Counted from the stretch's first letter, positions 49,309-63,559 are shown. The stretch is DNA of 64,000 bases from Vicugna vicugna (GCA_013265495.1 MU058687.1:4958093-5022092), one strand, 5' to 3'. Program-made: numbers and translations. Notes: generated from the letters alone by a model not told the origin.

Positions 49309-52029
49309 AAGGCTCCTCCTTCTTTCCAAGGTTCTGAAGTGTAGTGATGGGCTCTGTGTAGGGAATTTTGTTGTGAGCCAGTTTATTTGGAAACAATCTA
49401 CACTGGATTTAAATGAGAGCAGGGCCTGGTTCTAAGAAGCAGTTTCTGGAAAGAGTCAAGTCGGTAATCCCCTTCCTTTGAGGCTGTGAATGCACTGACT
49501 GGGCCAAGCAAAACAATGGTGTGATCCGTGTGAGCCAGAAGCGAGGTGTTACTGGTGGGTCGCCAGGGAAGCCTCTGTTGTAGAGGGAGCCACAAAGGCA
49601 TGTTTCATCGGAAGAAAGGGGGATGCTGGGCTGGGGAGAAAAGCATAGGACCAAGGGAAGCATACAGATGTTTTTAATGGCCGTGCATGCAGCCGGATTG
49701 CACTTAGCATGGAGTCTGGTGGTGAACGGTTTCTCCTGGTTTTCCTACTGAAGGGAGAGTGTTTTTGATAAGACCAGGAAATCTAGGCCGCAGCTTCTCA
49801 GATTGTGCCTTTGGAACATCGGTGAACCACACCAGATGGTCAAATGGGGCCTGAAGTCACCACAGTCCCGGGCAAGTCCTCTCCAATCATGTCGGCCCTG
49901 CCACCATCTCCCTCACTATCTCTGTGCGCTGTGATTCGGAAAAGAATGCAAAGCACTTGGTAGAGGCTTCCGATTAGAATGGGTTCATGCTAGATCCTTG
50001 GGAAATAGCTCAGCTGGTCACTGTGGTGATTGAAATAAATTGTTTTATCGAGACACACTGGCAAATCAGCCCTAGCATTTCGATTTCCTCTATACAGTGA
50101 ATTGTGGGAAGAGGTCGTTGTAATAATTAAGGAAGATTTATGCTGAGTACTTTTTTTTTTCTTGTATCTCATTACATGGTTGGTATTTTATGAACAAAAA
50201 AAAATGTGTTCTAGATATTAATTATTTAAATTCCCCCAAATTAAATGCTCCAGAATGAGTTGTGAGTTACAATTTAATAAACGGAAACTTTTTGAATGTG
50301 CCAGGTTAGAAAAAAAATTTGAAGGAGACATTGCTTATTCTTTAGGAAAGTGAACAGTCATCTTCTAGCAACCTACATGTTAGCTTTGACGAGGTCTGTA
50401 AACTAGCTCTTTGGCTTTTGGAGGACATCTCACCTCTCTGTAGAGGAAAGTCAGCTTCCTCCGCTGTCAAATGATCCCCAGTAGGGATGGGACATCAGCA
50501 CAGTGATCTGAGCGTCTGCTCCGTCATTCTGAGTTGATGTTCCCTTTGGAAAAATTCATGACTCAGAAAGATACTGAATGAAAATCTCCCACCATAAGAA
50601 GATAGTGTGTGGATGCCTACAGAGTGTGGTTTCTGTGGTTGGAGTAGGGGAAAACAGTGGCTTTTTCTGAGCTCTTGACACCCCAGTGCTGGGTAGATCA
50701 GATGAACAGGAAAAGCCACAGCCACCTGTTCTGCTTCCGTCTGGGTTGCTTCTCCAGAAATTTCCCAAAGTACAACAAAGCCAAAGCACCTATCAGCTTC
50801 CATGGAAACACCTCATAAATTGTTAAACAGACACAGCTCAGATTTAAAGAATCACCTTTATTCTGAGCAGTGATTTTATTTGTGCTTCATTCCTGCAGAT
50901 TTTTTTATATAAAAGATTTCACAGGAGCATTGTGCAAAATGGTAAAAAAAAATAAATAATAATGATAATAAAGCATTCTTTAAACCACATTCTGTTCAGG
51001 ACTGCTCATTGTATTTTCCAATTTAATATCCATCCTTTCAAATGAAGTGTTCTTTCTTGCTCATTTTTTTAAAAACTATCATAAATTAAAAGGTACCATT
51101 TAAACGCAAAGCTCTAATACAGACCTGAATTCATTAAATATTTCTACCCAGTGAGCTTCTTGGTACTGTGCTGAATGACCCATTTTTCAGCTTCCTTTTT
51201 TTTTTAATTAGAATTTTCTTTCTTTTATCTCTGATTTTCCTTTTTTTTTTTAAACCACAATTACCTAGATTATCCTCTCTATTAGTTTCACTTATTTTTA
51301 GCCTAATTTTAAAATATCTGCTTTGGGGACTTTCCTACAGTATCTGAAACATTTTGGTGTTAGCTGAACATAACCCCTCCATTCCTCCGTCCCACGCCTC
51401 CCCTGGTAATTTCCACCTAGAGGGGTATAAGTACAAATTAGATGAATTGGTCATGTTTCTGTGCCTGATCTTGCCCTTGTGTCTCTATTTCTGCCTTTAT
51501 CACATACATAGTCTCCTGGAAAACTGGATTTTTTCAGAGACCATGAAGTATGCTATGCTGGTCTCAGCCTGTCTTAGACTCTATTTTTACCATCACGGAT
51601 CAATCCTGTACACCATGTCCTTGGGATCCGGCTATGTGCCTGATAAAGTAACTCAGGCTAAGGTCCTTATAATCAATAAGGTCTTAATGTTTATCCTAAA
51701 TTCAACCTAGTGACTTAATTCTTTTCATTGAAAAGTATAAGTCCTTGTGTAAATGGATGAGGAGGGGTATGAAGGTGGAGAAGCCAAAGGGATATTTCAT
51801 GTAAGAGGTCCTACCTGGTGGACTTAAATTGGGCTACTGAGGCTTGGATCGTGTCTGCTTAATGTAAGACCAGCCTTGCCTGTTAGGCAAGAGGAAATTT
51901 AATTTGCGATCTATTTTATTAAAGGATAAATTAAGGTACCATGGGGGAATTGAAATCATCTAAGGTAATAGAACACGGAACTTGCCTAAATTTAAAACTG
52001 GGTCTTTTGTGAGTTTCATTCATAATGAC

Positions 52030-52260
52030 ACTGTAATAATAGCTACATGTGTTAAGCACTTATGAACCAGGGGCTGTTTAATAATGTACTTTTACATTTA
52101 TTAATTCACTTAATTCCCACAACACCCTGATGGATAAGGTTCCCTTGTCTCCATTTTATGTACAAGAAAACTGAGGGACAAGAAAAGGTTAAGAAGCAAC
52201 TCTGAGTTCATATGGCTGGCAAACTTTGGAGGTGGGATTTTAACCCATAGACTCAGTCAC
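52030..52260 (-). mobile_element. MIR SINE
   Basis: ttaattcacttaattcccacaacaccctga...tccattttatgtacaagaaaactgagg...ggtgggattttaaccca. Confidence 0.8.
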
Positions 52261-53305
52261 TATTTATCCTGTACTAACGTGGTTTGATGAAAATGATAAA
52301 AAGAGCAATGACTCTTGAGGGCTCCAGAGAAGCTGCTCAAACTCAGATTTTGGTATTATTATTAATAGCAGCAGGATCAGCTGTTAAATAAGTGTTATAT
52401 ATAAGGGTCTTGCCCTCGGATAAAATTAAATCTTTCTTGTGAATCAACTACTGTGACCAAACTGCAAAATATGAACTGGATAAGTAATTAAATCCAGATG
52501 TCTCTTCCGGCGGCAGCAGCAGCAGCAAAACCTGGAGCAGGGAGAGTGAAGGGAAGAGAGCAGTGACAGACTCAGTATTCATAAAAGCCACGATAATTAA
52601 TTTTCAAATAAAAACGTGTTTTAAATGCCAGCCCTCCACTAATCCTGTTAATTGCACGATAAAAAATAAAATCCGCCTGCCATTTAACAGCCAGCAATAC
52701 AAAAACCTTACTGTGTCAAATGTAATGTGCATAACTGGCTTCCCAGTTTGATTTTCTTAAGGAGAAATAATTTAGTTACCATTAAACTTTTCGGGAAACT
52801 GATTTTTAATAACGTTCTTTGGTTATCAGGGGTATCGTTTTTCCTTCAGGCAAAGAAGAGAAAATGTGCGGCTAAAACCTTTGCTATATGTGATAATGAA
52901 GTTGGTCCATTTCTGGGCAGGACTACAATTCTTTATCACTCTTCATGAGCAGAGGTGTGAAAGCAGGCATTTTCTCAAACTGTAGGAAATTGCTGAATTC
53001 ACAGATTTCTATCTCAACACAATGAACTGGCTATATATATTAAATGAAGCTCAAGTTTGGTTTGTTAGATTTTTTTTTAGGACTATGATTATTTTTTAAA
53101 GGAATAATAGTTGGAGGAAAAACAAAACCTGTGAAAGATGATTTGCAATTGTACCGTGTTAATTTTTTATTGCAATATATAAGAAAGGTAGGAAAAGTGG
53201 GAATTGCATCTGTATGTCCCCGTGTGATTTTCAGCACAGGAATGTTGCTGCCACTACAGGAACCAAGGACATTCCATTGCCTTGCTTACTCTGAGAATGT
53301 GCCAG

Positions 53306-53866
53306 TGTTGCCAAAAACACCAGCACTTGTACCCCAATAGCCAAATTGAGACTCAGAGGCAGAGTTTTGGGAGAATTAGAAAAGGACACCTTTATTGCTT
53401 TGCCAGGCAAAGGGGAGTCACAACAGGCTAATAACCTTAGAGACTGGGAATCCTTCCTGGGGTTGGTGTCCTAAGGTTTTGTAGAAAAACTGGATGGGAC
53501 AGAAAGGCGACAACAATAAGGGCATTTTCTGGGGTGCTGTATTCTTCTTAATCTTGCTGAATCCACCTGGCATCCCGGAGAAACTCCAGAGGGTCTGTTC
53601 ATCCTTCTGAGCCTATCTGCCCATGACCACCTTCCTTTCTGTGTTAAAGGATAAGCTATTCTGGGTAACGAATGTATAGGGAGTGGAGAGTGTAATGGAA
53701 AGGTTGGGGACTGTTTAGCACAAAAGCAGTTGAACAAAAGAAGCTGAAATGGGGGTTTGTAAGAGAAAAGAGAAAAGTAAATTGCACAAATTTTAAGTCA
53801 GAATGGATCAGCAAACAGCTTTAGCATCAGGGAAGCCGTTCTGTTAGTTAGTTTCCTCCTCTTTCA
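53306..53866 (-). mobile_element. ERV1-like solo LTR with perfect 4-bp TSD
   Basis: CCAG|TGTTG...TTTCA|CCAG, minus-strand AATAAA at 53391-96, and homology to the 46133 LTR. Confidence 0.85.
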
Positions 53867-54609
53867 CCAGGTCCTGATGCTTACACAATTAATTAAAACG
53901 CTAAACATGATTCTAGCTAGCTTCAAGATAGTCCTGCTACCACAACATTTTCTGGATCATTTATTTAATATTCATTGACTTGCAGTCACTGAAGGTACCA
54001 AATCTTTTATCAAATAATTTTCTTTAGGTATGGTTAAAAAAAAAAAAATTAGACCAGCTCATGGTCTGTACCTTCCCCAGCCTTGTGCATTTCTGAGCAG
54101 ACTTATTTCTCATCTTCATTTCTTCACCCACTGAGCCACCACTCCAATATTCATTTATAATTGATAAAGTCATTCTTTTCTACTATTGATAAAAGGATCT
54201 GCATATGTGTATTCTCTGAAATTCTGTCTAAAAGTGCAAGTTTTTGGAGACCAAGGCAGGATGTACAGTGTATCAGTCTGGGCATGCAAAATGACTGAAA
54301 TGTCACATCATTTACAATCCAGATGTCACGGCAAGCCGGAAGACAGGGCAGCTCGGCTGATAATTAGATGGCAGATGTCCAAGCAGTCTCACATGACGCA
54401 TATTATTTTTTGTATATTTGAGATAGATGAGAAACCACTTCACCCATATAATAAAAAAAATTAGGTCTCATAATATTGCTTTTAGTAGTTTATTTATTGG
54501 AAATAGCATACCTCAGAAAGCAAAACTCACTCGTAATTTCTATTCTGATATATCTCTATGAAGGTAAATGTACTAGTAATTATTCTTTTTACCTTTTTCA
54601 AAACTTGAA

Positions 54610-54740
54610 CTCCTATTTTCTACAAATGAGTGAGCTGGAGGCCCAGGATATTCAGTTGATTTCTAAGATCACTCAGCTCTTCAGTGACAATAATCAGACC
54701 AGAATCCCACAGTCTCCTGATTATCATGTCAGCTTTCTTT
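54610..54740 (-). mobile_element. MIR fragment
   Basis: cctattttctacaaatgagtgagctggaggcccagg...taagatcactcagct. Confidence 0.65.
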
Positions 54741-54752
54741 TCAGAATATCTT

Positions 54753-55080
54753 CTTTAAAAAAAAAATTTCCCAGCTTCATTGAGCTATAATTAACATATA
54801 ACATTGTGTAAGTTTAAGGTGTACAATGTTTTGATTTGATAAATATATATTACAAAATGACTAGCATTAGCATTAGCTAACAACACCTCCATCAGGTCAC
54901 ATAATTACCAGTTATTTTTTATGGTCAGAACATTTAAGATCTACTCTCTTAGCAACTTTCAAGGATATAATACAACATTATTAACTATATCATAATACAT
55001 ATTAAATCCCCAGAACTTATTCGTCTAATAACTGGAAGTTTGCATTCTTTTACCAACATCTCCCATTTCTCCCACCCCTT
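54753..55080 (-). mobile_element. L1MA-type LINE-1 3' end
   Basis: ttgtgtaagtttaaggtgtacaatg...agaacatttaagatctactctcttagcaactttcaa...ccccagaacttattc.tctaataactggaagtttg. Confidence 0.85.
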
Positions 55081-58000
55081 CTTCTCTCTTCTTTTTCTCG
55101 AATACAAGGAAGCCCACTCTTTGATCCCTTTCTGAGTAAATCCTTGAACCAAATCCCCAATGGCTTCTTGAGAAATCTGGGCACAAAGCCTTACAGCCTT
55201 GGTTAAAGTATTCTGATTAAACCTACATGGTTCCAAAGCAACAGCCTAAACTTTGGAAAAGTTCTAGTTAGTGGGGTTGATTCATTTTATTCAAAGAGTA
55301 CATGGGGAAAAAAATGTAATGCATTCACTACCTAGCTGTTCCTGAGGTCCAGCCACTGAACCCCCTATTCCTGGTAGAGCATTTTATAACTGGAGAATAT
55401 TAAGGTATATCAAGTCTCCCTTCTACTCTGTTACATAGCATTTTTCTTATCTTTAATGCTTCAAGTCCAAGACCTTGTTGTTTAAAGGCACAAGTCAAAT
55501 CCATTACCACTTCTGTGGTTTTGTATACAAATTTGTAAAAAGTCAAGCTGGTCAATATGTATGCTATTTTACAAAGTAAATACATCAATTGCCACTTATT
55601 ACACAAGAATAATTTTTCCTGTACAATAGAGAGCTATAACTATATTTATAACATTTCAGAAGGAAGTCCCAGCTGAAGAGAAGTATCTGTCAAAAAATCA
55701 GACTTTAAAGCCTCAGACTTCATGGTCTTGGCATTGGTTTTAAACAACTCATTGGTGGAAAGATAACTTTTGGGAGAATATGTTCTGCTGTTCTGTGAAT
55801 TATGGAACCAGAAAAAAGTGGGTTTTCCATATTGCCCAGACATATTTTGTGTACACACAACTCAAAAGCAACTAAACTTTTAAAGTTCAAACGTCACACA
55901 TGGCTATCGTCCTCAGAGATAAAGTGGAGTGTGAGTCAGACAGAAACGACTGGGAAAAAAAACATTATAAAGTGAACACTTCTCTTCTCACGTGAGGATC
56001 CAGAAGAACTTCTGCAGGGCTGACATTGCATTTTTTTCTCTGATCTAATAGGACGTTTGAGGAGGAAGTCTTTCTATTACTCTCGAGCTGTTGCTGGTTT
56101 CCAGTAGGGTGTTCTGCCCAGTTCCCTGTCCTATTACCTGTGATCCTTTGCAGGGCCTGATGATGCTCAGCCGTGGATTCAGCCCTGCCCTCAGCTTGGG
56201 CACATCTTGTTCTGGGCAGGGCAGAGCTTTGTCTCTGTCTTGCTGCTGGTTCCTCTTGGACTTCTGGTACTAACTCCTTCAGACACTTATGTCCAGTTAC
56301 TTGGGTTCTGTCTTGTTCCATGGTTCCATTAGCATTCCTCCTCACCCAGCCTACAGTCTAGCTCAGCGCTACCCTGTATGTCCAAGTAGCCACATTTAAA
56401 AATTAAAAAGAAGCAAATGCAATTAATTTTAAGACAATAATAAAATATAATTAAAAATGTATTTTATTGTATCTTCTGAACAAAGATACCACCAGTACAA
56501 TTTCCATGCATACTTAGGATGGTGAATCTCCAAACTTAACCTGGATGACTTATAAAGTTATGCTTAAAATAACATTTTAAAACAGTTCTTGATTTTCTTG
56601 GCTTGGTCAGGTATCTTTTTCAAAAATTTATATTAGACTTGGAGAAATGTACAAGGGGCTTTACAATGCTCGAACATGGTTTAAACATTCAGCAAAGTAA
56701 GTGAGAGCTTTCTCTGCTGAATGCATACGTCTCTCAGTGACGTGTGCAGAGATGTGTTTGTCGATATGTTTGAAAAGGGCTTGGAAAATAACAGGGCCTG
56801 ACTCTGCGGGTGAGAGAGAAGATACAGCTTCTTAATAAACTTAGAATAGCTAATGTGCTCCTCTCAAATGAATCATTAGCCGTGTCCACATGACTCAAAA
56901 ACTAGCATATTAAAAAGTACAAAGTCTCACTTAATCCTTTCAGCTATTTGATGTACATCAAGCATCCAGATGTTCCCAACATCCAAGCTGCAATTTGTTT
57001 TGTTTTTATTTAAAATTTTTACACTTGCATATATTATTCCTTTTCTCAAAGACCAAGTACAGAATCCAAATTATACTTTTCAATTCAGTTCAACTCTCTA
57101 AAAGTATAGGAATGTCAGTCCAGATTTATGGAGAACTCAATTACTGGCCTGTGGGTTCTCCCCTTGGTGGTTCCGGTATTGAGAAATGTTGGCTCTCTGA
57201 TGGCTTCCTTAGTCACTCAGCAATTACCCAACAATAACTTCGAATATGGTTAATGAATGCAACCTAATATTAATATTATTCTAAAGTTGCTTCAAATAAA
57301 TAATAGAAAATTTGACAAACCTAATAAAATTAAATGTTGAATTATCTACTGTTAGATCTTCTATGCTACTGACCCTCTTTTTAGTAAACTACTTAAAAAC
57401 ACTGACTACAGTAGGATTTCCATTGCTATCAAAACTGTTATATCACTGTATAAGTCTGTATTTCTGCCACGTATGTCTCGGCATGGCATTTATATTATGT
57501 ATTTCATTTTAACAGTTTTCTAATTACTGTCATTTTTGTCAGGTTCCATATTTTGTGGCCTACAACATTGATTTCATGTTAATGTCACCAGTGGGAACGG
57601 ATGATCTTAAGCTTGGCGTAGTATTAATTAAATCCATATGTCACATATTGTGAGGTGTTCTTAGGAAAATATTCTAATACTTAAATGCAAAATTAAGATT
57701 GCTTCCCAAAATGGTGGGCTCCCTGCAGAATCCACCATGCAGTAACAGTGTTTCAAAGACTGGGATGAATAAGTTTAGAACAGCATTGATATCAAAGGCC
57801 AGATGATAGGGGCTAATAATAGGAATATATAAAATACTACGATAAGGGTAAGGGAGGGAAGTGGGGTGCCTGAGGAAGTTAAGACAATGACTGGATGAGG
57901 TCCAAAGTTCAGTGTGGGAAAGTCATTTACAATTCTGCCCTCAATGGAGAGACAGGTGCCAGGCGCTGCTGTCTGTTCTGGTCAGCAGATGTTATGAGGG

Positions 58001-58199
58001 CAGTGCTAGCTACCAGGAAGGGCATGCCAAATGCATGAGTCTTATATTGTTTACCACCGTTCCCCCAATAAACGGTTTCAAGAGTTCCATCTTTAATGTG
58101 CCTCACACATACACACTCTCTGTTCTGCATCCATATTCATACTATCATATAATTGGGGTGAATGACTGGTCACCCTTTTTTTTTAAATTTAATCTGTCT

Positions 58200-59090
58200 T
58201 CTCTCTTGCTTTCCAATTCCGAGCTGCCTCCTTAATATATCCAGAGGATGCTGGCTGCCACCTCATCCTCCCTGGATGAAACTGTCTTGTTTTCTCTGCT
58301 AAAGCCACCACCCTTCCTTTTCTGTGTCTGAGTTAGTGAACCACTCGCCTGTCTATTGAGTTTCAGCCCCTCAGCTGAAACCATGGAATTATCTTCAACT
58401 CTGCTCTTACCTTTCATATTCAATCAACTGACAGAACCAGTCTTTCCCCTCTTCTCGCATTTATTTGTTTTCCCGCTGCCCTACTTTGGACCCTGATCTC
58501 TCTTCTGAAATATAGTAATAGTTTCCCAATTGGCCACTCTGCTTCTAACTGCTCCAATCCCCTTTGTCACCTGAGTTACCTTTCCCAAATGCTGTCCCAC
58601 TTGTCAGTGCCCTCGGAAACTTTCAGTCACTCCCAGGACCTGCAGGAGAAGTCTCAGTTTCTAAGTCTGCAGACACAGCTGTCCCCAACCCAGCCTCCAT
58701 TTGCCCATCATTTCTGCCAGCACAGACCAAGGCTTGCCCTTTGTCTCAATCAGCGTGCCTGCCACTTTTTGCATCTCCTTGAGTGGATTCATATTGTTGT
58801 TGGAAAGTCTTCCTCTGCACCCCACCTTCTTTGACACATCTATGTGTCCCTCAAGTCCCAATGTTAAGAGTTCTCTGTGAAACCCCTTTTGGCCCCTGTC
58901 CTCCGATAATGATACTTATCAACACTTAACACTTCTTAATACTTAAGTACTTATGCTTTGCTTTTAGTTGTATAATAAAACCTACTTCTGCTTTTTCACA
59001 CAGGTCATTATTTCCATGTCTGTCTTCCCATCTCTCCACACTGGATTGCAAATTCCCAGAGGCTAAAACTCATGTTTTCATCCCTTAAGA
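58200..59090 (+). mobile_element. L2 3' region
   Basis: aaaccatggaattatcttcaactc...cattcaatca...tagtaatagtttcccaattggc...ttctctgtgaaacccc...ctggattgcaaattcccagagg. Confidence 0.7.
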
Positions 59091-59664
59091 CCATGTTTTA
59101 ATGTCACCTTACTCCTCATACAGACGAATGTTTGTCCCTTTATCTCAGCTCCAAAATATTATACATGCATAGTACACAATTTAATCTCATCTTAAAAATT
59201 AGTTTTTGTTCCTGTATCTTATCTCCCAAATTAGATAGTAACCCTCTCAAGGTTAGGGATCCTGTTCTATATTGAACTCTTAAATTACTCCTCAATATAT
59301 TACACAACTAATATTTGATGGGTGAGTCGACTGACATATCTTCTTAGCAAAATAAAAGTACGAGCCTCTTTAATAATTAGCTTTGCGACCTGAGACAAAT
59401 CATTCATCTTCCAGGGGATTTAGCTTACTATAGTGTGAAATAGGTATCTTCATTCCTCACACGGAGAGATTCACTTATGTGTTCCTTTAAACCACATGCT
59501 AAATCTAAAAGCAACAAGAAGAACATAAAAACTAAAATTCAGGATCAACTGCATGTTCTCTGGAAAGCAATAGGAGATACATTATTTAATAGAATGCAGT
59601 ATTATTCGAATTTCCTCTCAGAATTTTAAGAAATGTATCAGACATTTTCCCTGTCATCATACAT

Positions 59665-59740
59665 TAAAATATGTATATATTTTATATATATATATACATT
59701 AAGTATGTATTTATGCACACACATACATATATGTATATTT
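59665..59740. repeat. AT/CA-rich low-complexity microsatellite
   Basis: (TA)n and cacacacatacatatatg. Confidence 0.85.
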
Positions 59741-60269
59741 GTCTGTAGGTAAATGTGTAATACATAGTTTTCTTTTAGCCATTGTAAGATTTTTGCACTA
59801 ACGTTTATGTAAGACACCAGTTCACAGACTTCCCTTGTATGGAGATTCTCATTCACCTTTGTCAGCTCCTATTTTTTCTTAAAATCTAAAAGTGACCCTA
59901 ATGTATCTTGTGGTCATTACACTTGACTGCATTTTATTTATCCAAATAGTATCCAATATTTCCAGTATTGCAGCAGATTGAGCAATGTATGAGCTTAATT
60001 GCTTTTATTTCAGAATTGCAGTCCTGCCCTTGTTAGCAAAGGGATTGCATTAACCCTACTCTCCAAAGTCAAATTTTTCTGGACATTTCAACCAGGCGGT
60101 AGCGATAACACAAAACATTCCAAGTTTGTTGGCGTTTTGCAAGGTATTGTACTCCTTGTTAATCGAATTGAGATGATTGCCCTATGATTACCTCGATTTA
60201 TTCATGCACTGTGTAATTTACCATAATGATAATTAACTCCTTGTGCTGAATGCAGTAAAGTGTGCATGA

Positions 60270-60350
60270 GTTCCTCTCTCTCTCTCCTCTCCCTCCCTCC
60301 CTTTCTTCTTCCTTCTCTCTCACTTTCTCTCCCTCTCCTCTGCCCCCTCC
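60270..60350. repeat. CT-rich polypyrimidine tract
   Basis: About 80 nt of nearly pure C/T. Confidence 0.9.
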
Positions 60351-60886
60351 TATTTACACATATCACAATAGATGAGCATTCTGCATACAATCTGACACAA
60401 TTTGTTTATATTTTATATTATTTTGTCAATCAAAGTACCTCTAAATAAAAGGCCATTAATTTTTTCAAATTCCTAGGTAATTGGTTGCTACTGCAGCTTT
60501 GATCTATTTATGTCTTGGTTTGTGAAGGAAGTGCCTTAACCTGGCCCATTAGATGATATTTTTATGTCCAAGTTTATCTGTCCTGAAACTGCCCATAATG
60601 TCTCAATATTTTAGAACTTATATTGCCACAATTTCTAATACACTGAAACCAAACACTTACGGAGTTGGTCAGATGATCAAACTAATATATGCCTTATACA
60701 AACTTGATTCTAGGATAAGGGAAAGAAGTATATTGTAACTCACAAATATATCAGTGGTTTCACAAGTTTGATATTTGATGGTGCTATTTTTTTTAGATTA
60801 AAAAATTGAAGCACAAAGAGGTTAAGATGCATTTTGTGGGTTCTTCTTTATAAAAATATGATCAGACAGATGTTTATAGATGAAAA

Positions 60887-61076
60887 GATATGATTCTGGA
60901 GTTGCCTCAAAATCTTCAGGGGCCTGGGATAGGGAGGTGGTGGGGACACAGAAGAGACAAAGTCAGTCATGAATTGATCGTTGTTGAACATGGATGACGG
61001 GTATGGAAGCTCATCCTATGATTCTGTTTACTTTGTTCATGTTTGATGTTTTCTAAAATGAAAAAGTGTTTTAAAA
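60887..61076 (+). mobile_element. L1MC4-like LINE-1 3' end
   Basis: gatatgattctggagttgcctcaaaat...catgaattgatcgttgttgaa..tggatgacgggtat...actttgttcatgtttga...aaaaagt. Confidence 0.75.
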
Positions 61077-61089
61077 GAATATAATTAGG

Positions 61090-61220
61090 CACCTGCAGTG
61101 GGACACATGTCAAGAGGCCCTGGTTAGAGTCCTGGCTCTGCCAGTAACATATGCTGCATAACCTTAGATGGTTCACAACTTCTTAGAGTTCATTCTCTTG
61201 TCAGTAAAATTAGATGAGAT
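61090..61220 (+). mobile_element. MIR fragment
   Basis: cctggttagagtcctggctctgccagtaac...aaccttag...tcagtaaaat. Confidence 0.6.
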
Positions 61221-61389
61221 CAGTGGTCCGCAAGAAGGTGGAATTGCCTAGGAAGCTTTTTTAAAATCACACCAGCAACTCCCGAATTTTGTTTGGATTT
61301 TAGAGGTAGAAGGGAATGTATATTTCAAAATAACTTCAACTCTGAAACGACCATTCCTTCCATGCCCACAGATTTGAGGATATCAAAGA

Positions 61390-61516
61390 GACTGACGTAA
61401 GGCGCTACCCCACAGCATTTCACTAGGTTTAGGATGAATTCGGAGGGTACATGTTTTTAAAAAGCACTCCAGGTGATTCTAAGAGGGGTTCATATGCCAC
61501 ACTTTGAGAAACACTT
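61390..61516. mobile_element. MER5-like DNA transposon fragment
   Basis: tttttaaaaagcactccaggtgattcta...ccacactttgagaaacact. Confidence 0.65.
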
Positions 61517-62294
61517 TTCTAAATCATCCCCATGGCCCTTTCCAACTTTAATACCCCTTGATGTTACATGAGCATTGTTTTTTTTTTTCTTTTCTATTTT
61601 GAACCATTCTATGAACAACTGGTCATTTAATTACAAGTATATAATGGTCAAGAAAATTATGCTAAGTTTCTTGCTTTGGGTCATGAAACAAGGTAGAAGC
61701 AGGCTCTGGTTTAATTAAAATTCATATTTGAGAATTCTGGACCACTACTAAGAAAAATAGTCAACATCTATTTAAGGAGATATAAATATATATGTATATA
61801 CACACATGCATATATATGTATGTGTATATATGTATATATAGCCAAAATTCTTGTTGAGGAAAAGAATTTCCAAAGTAAATTTAGCCTATCCATTTTACAC
61901 TGACTGCTTAAAACAGATAAATTATTTTAGTCTATTGTCTCTAGTCTTGCTTCCTAATGTTTACATTGCATGGAGTTTTATTCTTTATGCCAATCCTACT
62001 GGATAGATGAATAAATTGAGATTAATGAGATTCTTCCTTTTCTTCCACCTGTTTTTAACCAAATGTCTGCTGCTCCGTGAGCAGCTGGGTGACTGCTGTT
62101 GTTGATCACCAAGCTTCGCTGCGTTGTGAACAAGGGTTAGTTGTGAATGTCAGAAAAAATATTGTGATACATTTCTGCCTCCAATAAGGAACCATAAACA
62201 TAGGTCAGAAAGGTTTAGTAGCCTCCATTAGTTTAAACCATAAACTTTTGTGTTATAATCACCACTCCCAAACCTAGGAATTATAGTAATTTAG

Positions 62295-62627
62295 TGTTGA
62301 CCTGAAACAAATAGACTGCTAGATATTTCTCCAGCAAAGAAGGGTTTATTCAGGATCGGAAGAGAATTGCAGTGGATCTGCAACTATGTTGAGGCATGTG
62401 CCAGTCCCCAGCCTGCAAAGGAAAGAGAATACTTTGATAGGGAAGCAAAGGAAGTTGGGAGGGCTCTAGTAAACGGAGAGTCCTCGGCTTTTCATGGGCT
62501 GAGTCCCTTCCAGGAAGAGGAATCTTTCTTCTTCCTGTTGGGTCTGTTGTTGTCTCAGGGTATGAGAGTTTCCCCTCTGGTCTCCCAACTCTATTTAATT
62601 GAGGTTTCTCTTCATTAATTTTTTACA
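62295..62627 (-). mobile_element. ERV1-like solo LTR
   Basis: ttag|TGTTG...TTACA|atag (4-bp TSD, 1 mismatch) and minus-strand AATAAA at 62345-50. Confidence 0.75.
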
Positions 62628-63559
62628 ATAGAAAAACTAACTCATCTGTAGGGCATGTTTGACAGGGATAATGGAGAAGCTTGCACCAGATAACTTTGCC
62701 CTTGGTGCTTTGTCTCATTCGCAAAGCTTTACTCAACTCAGAAATCACTATAATGTCCTATAAAGTTGTTTAATATTTTATTTATTTTAAAAAATGTACT
62801 ACTGAGTAAAGGCCTTAAATAAAATTATAACTGACTTTTAGTCAAAGAATAAAACCTATCTCTGCCCCTCTGAGCTCTGTGATGTAAATCTCATCAGGAG
62901 GAATAGCCTGTTCTCCAACTATTTTGCTTCGTAATACGAGCCGCACAAATACAGACCCAGGGTAGGGCCTCAAAACCTAAATATTTTATTAGAAGAAATT
63001 TCTAATTCAGTAGCTTCTGTTCCTGTGGCCAATGTCAAAGCTTACTTCTAGGAAAGAAAGACAGTAAATTCCTAACAATTGAATTGCTAAATCCATTGTA
63101 TATCTTAAGAAGACTCCTCCCCAGAAATGCAGCTCTTGTGATAGCTTTGTGGATTTTTTTTCCCCGGCATTTACCTGTAGATAAGTCGAACGATTCCATA
63201 GTTCTAACTACTCCCCTGGTTCTAACTAATAACAGAGCGTGTTATATCAAGGATAACGGATGTTGGAAAAAGTCAGGGTGGTGGAGGGTATATGGATAAG
63301 GTAATTGAAAGATTCTGTTCTTATTGTCCTTGGAGTACCCAGAATAGTCCAGACATCCTCCAATGGACCCAAGTCAGGCCCAGGAGGGGCCCTTCGAAAA
63401 AACTCGGTGCAAGAATTTCTCAGAAGACACAGTTATTAGCCAGGATCAGTTTAAGTCAAGAGGTGAACAGAAAACATATCCAAGGAAGAAAACCGAGTTG
63501 GCGGGAAGGTGTAGCTATTTTTAGTTACCTCTATAGAAAGTACAAGGTTAAAGATGGGA

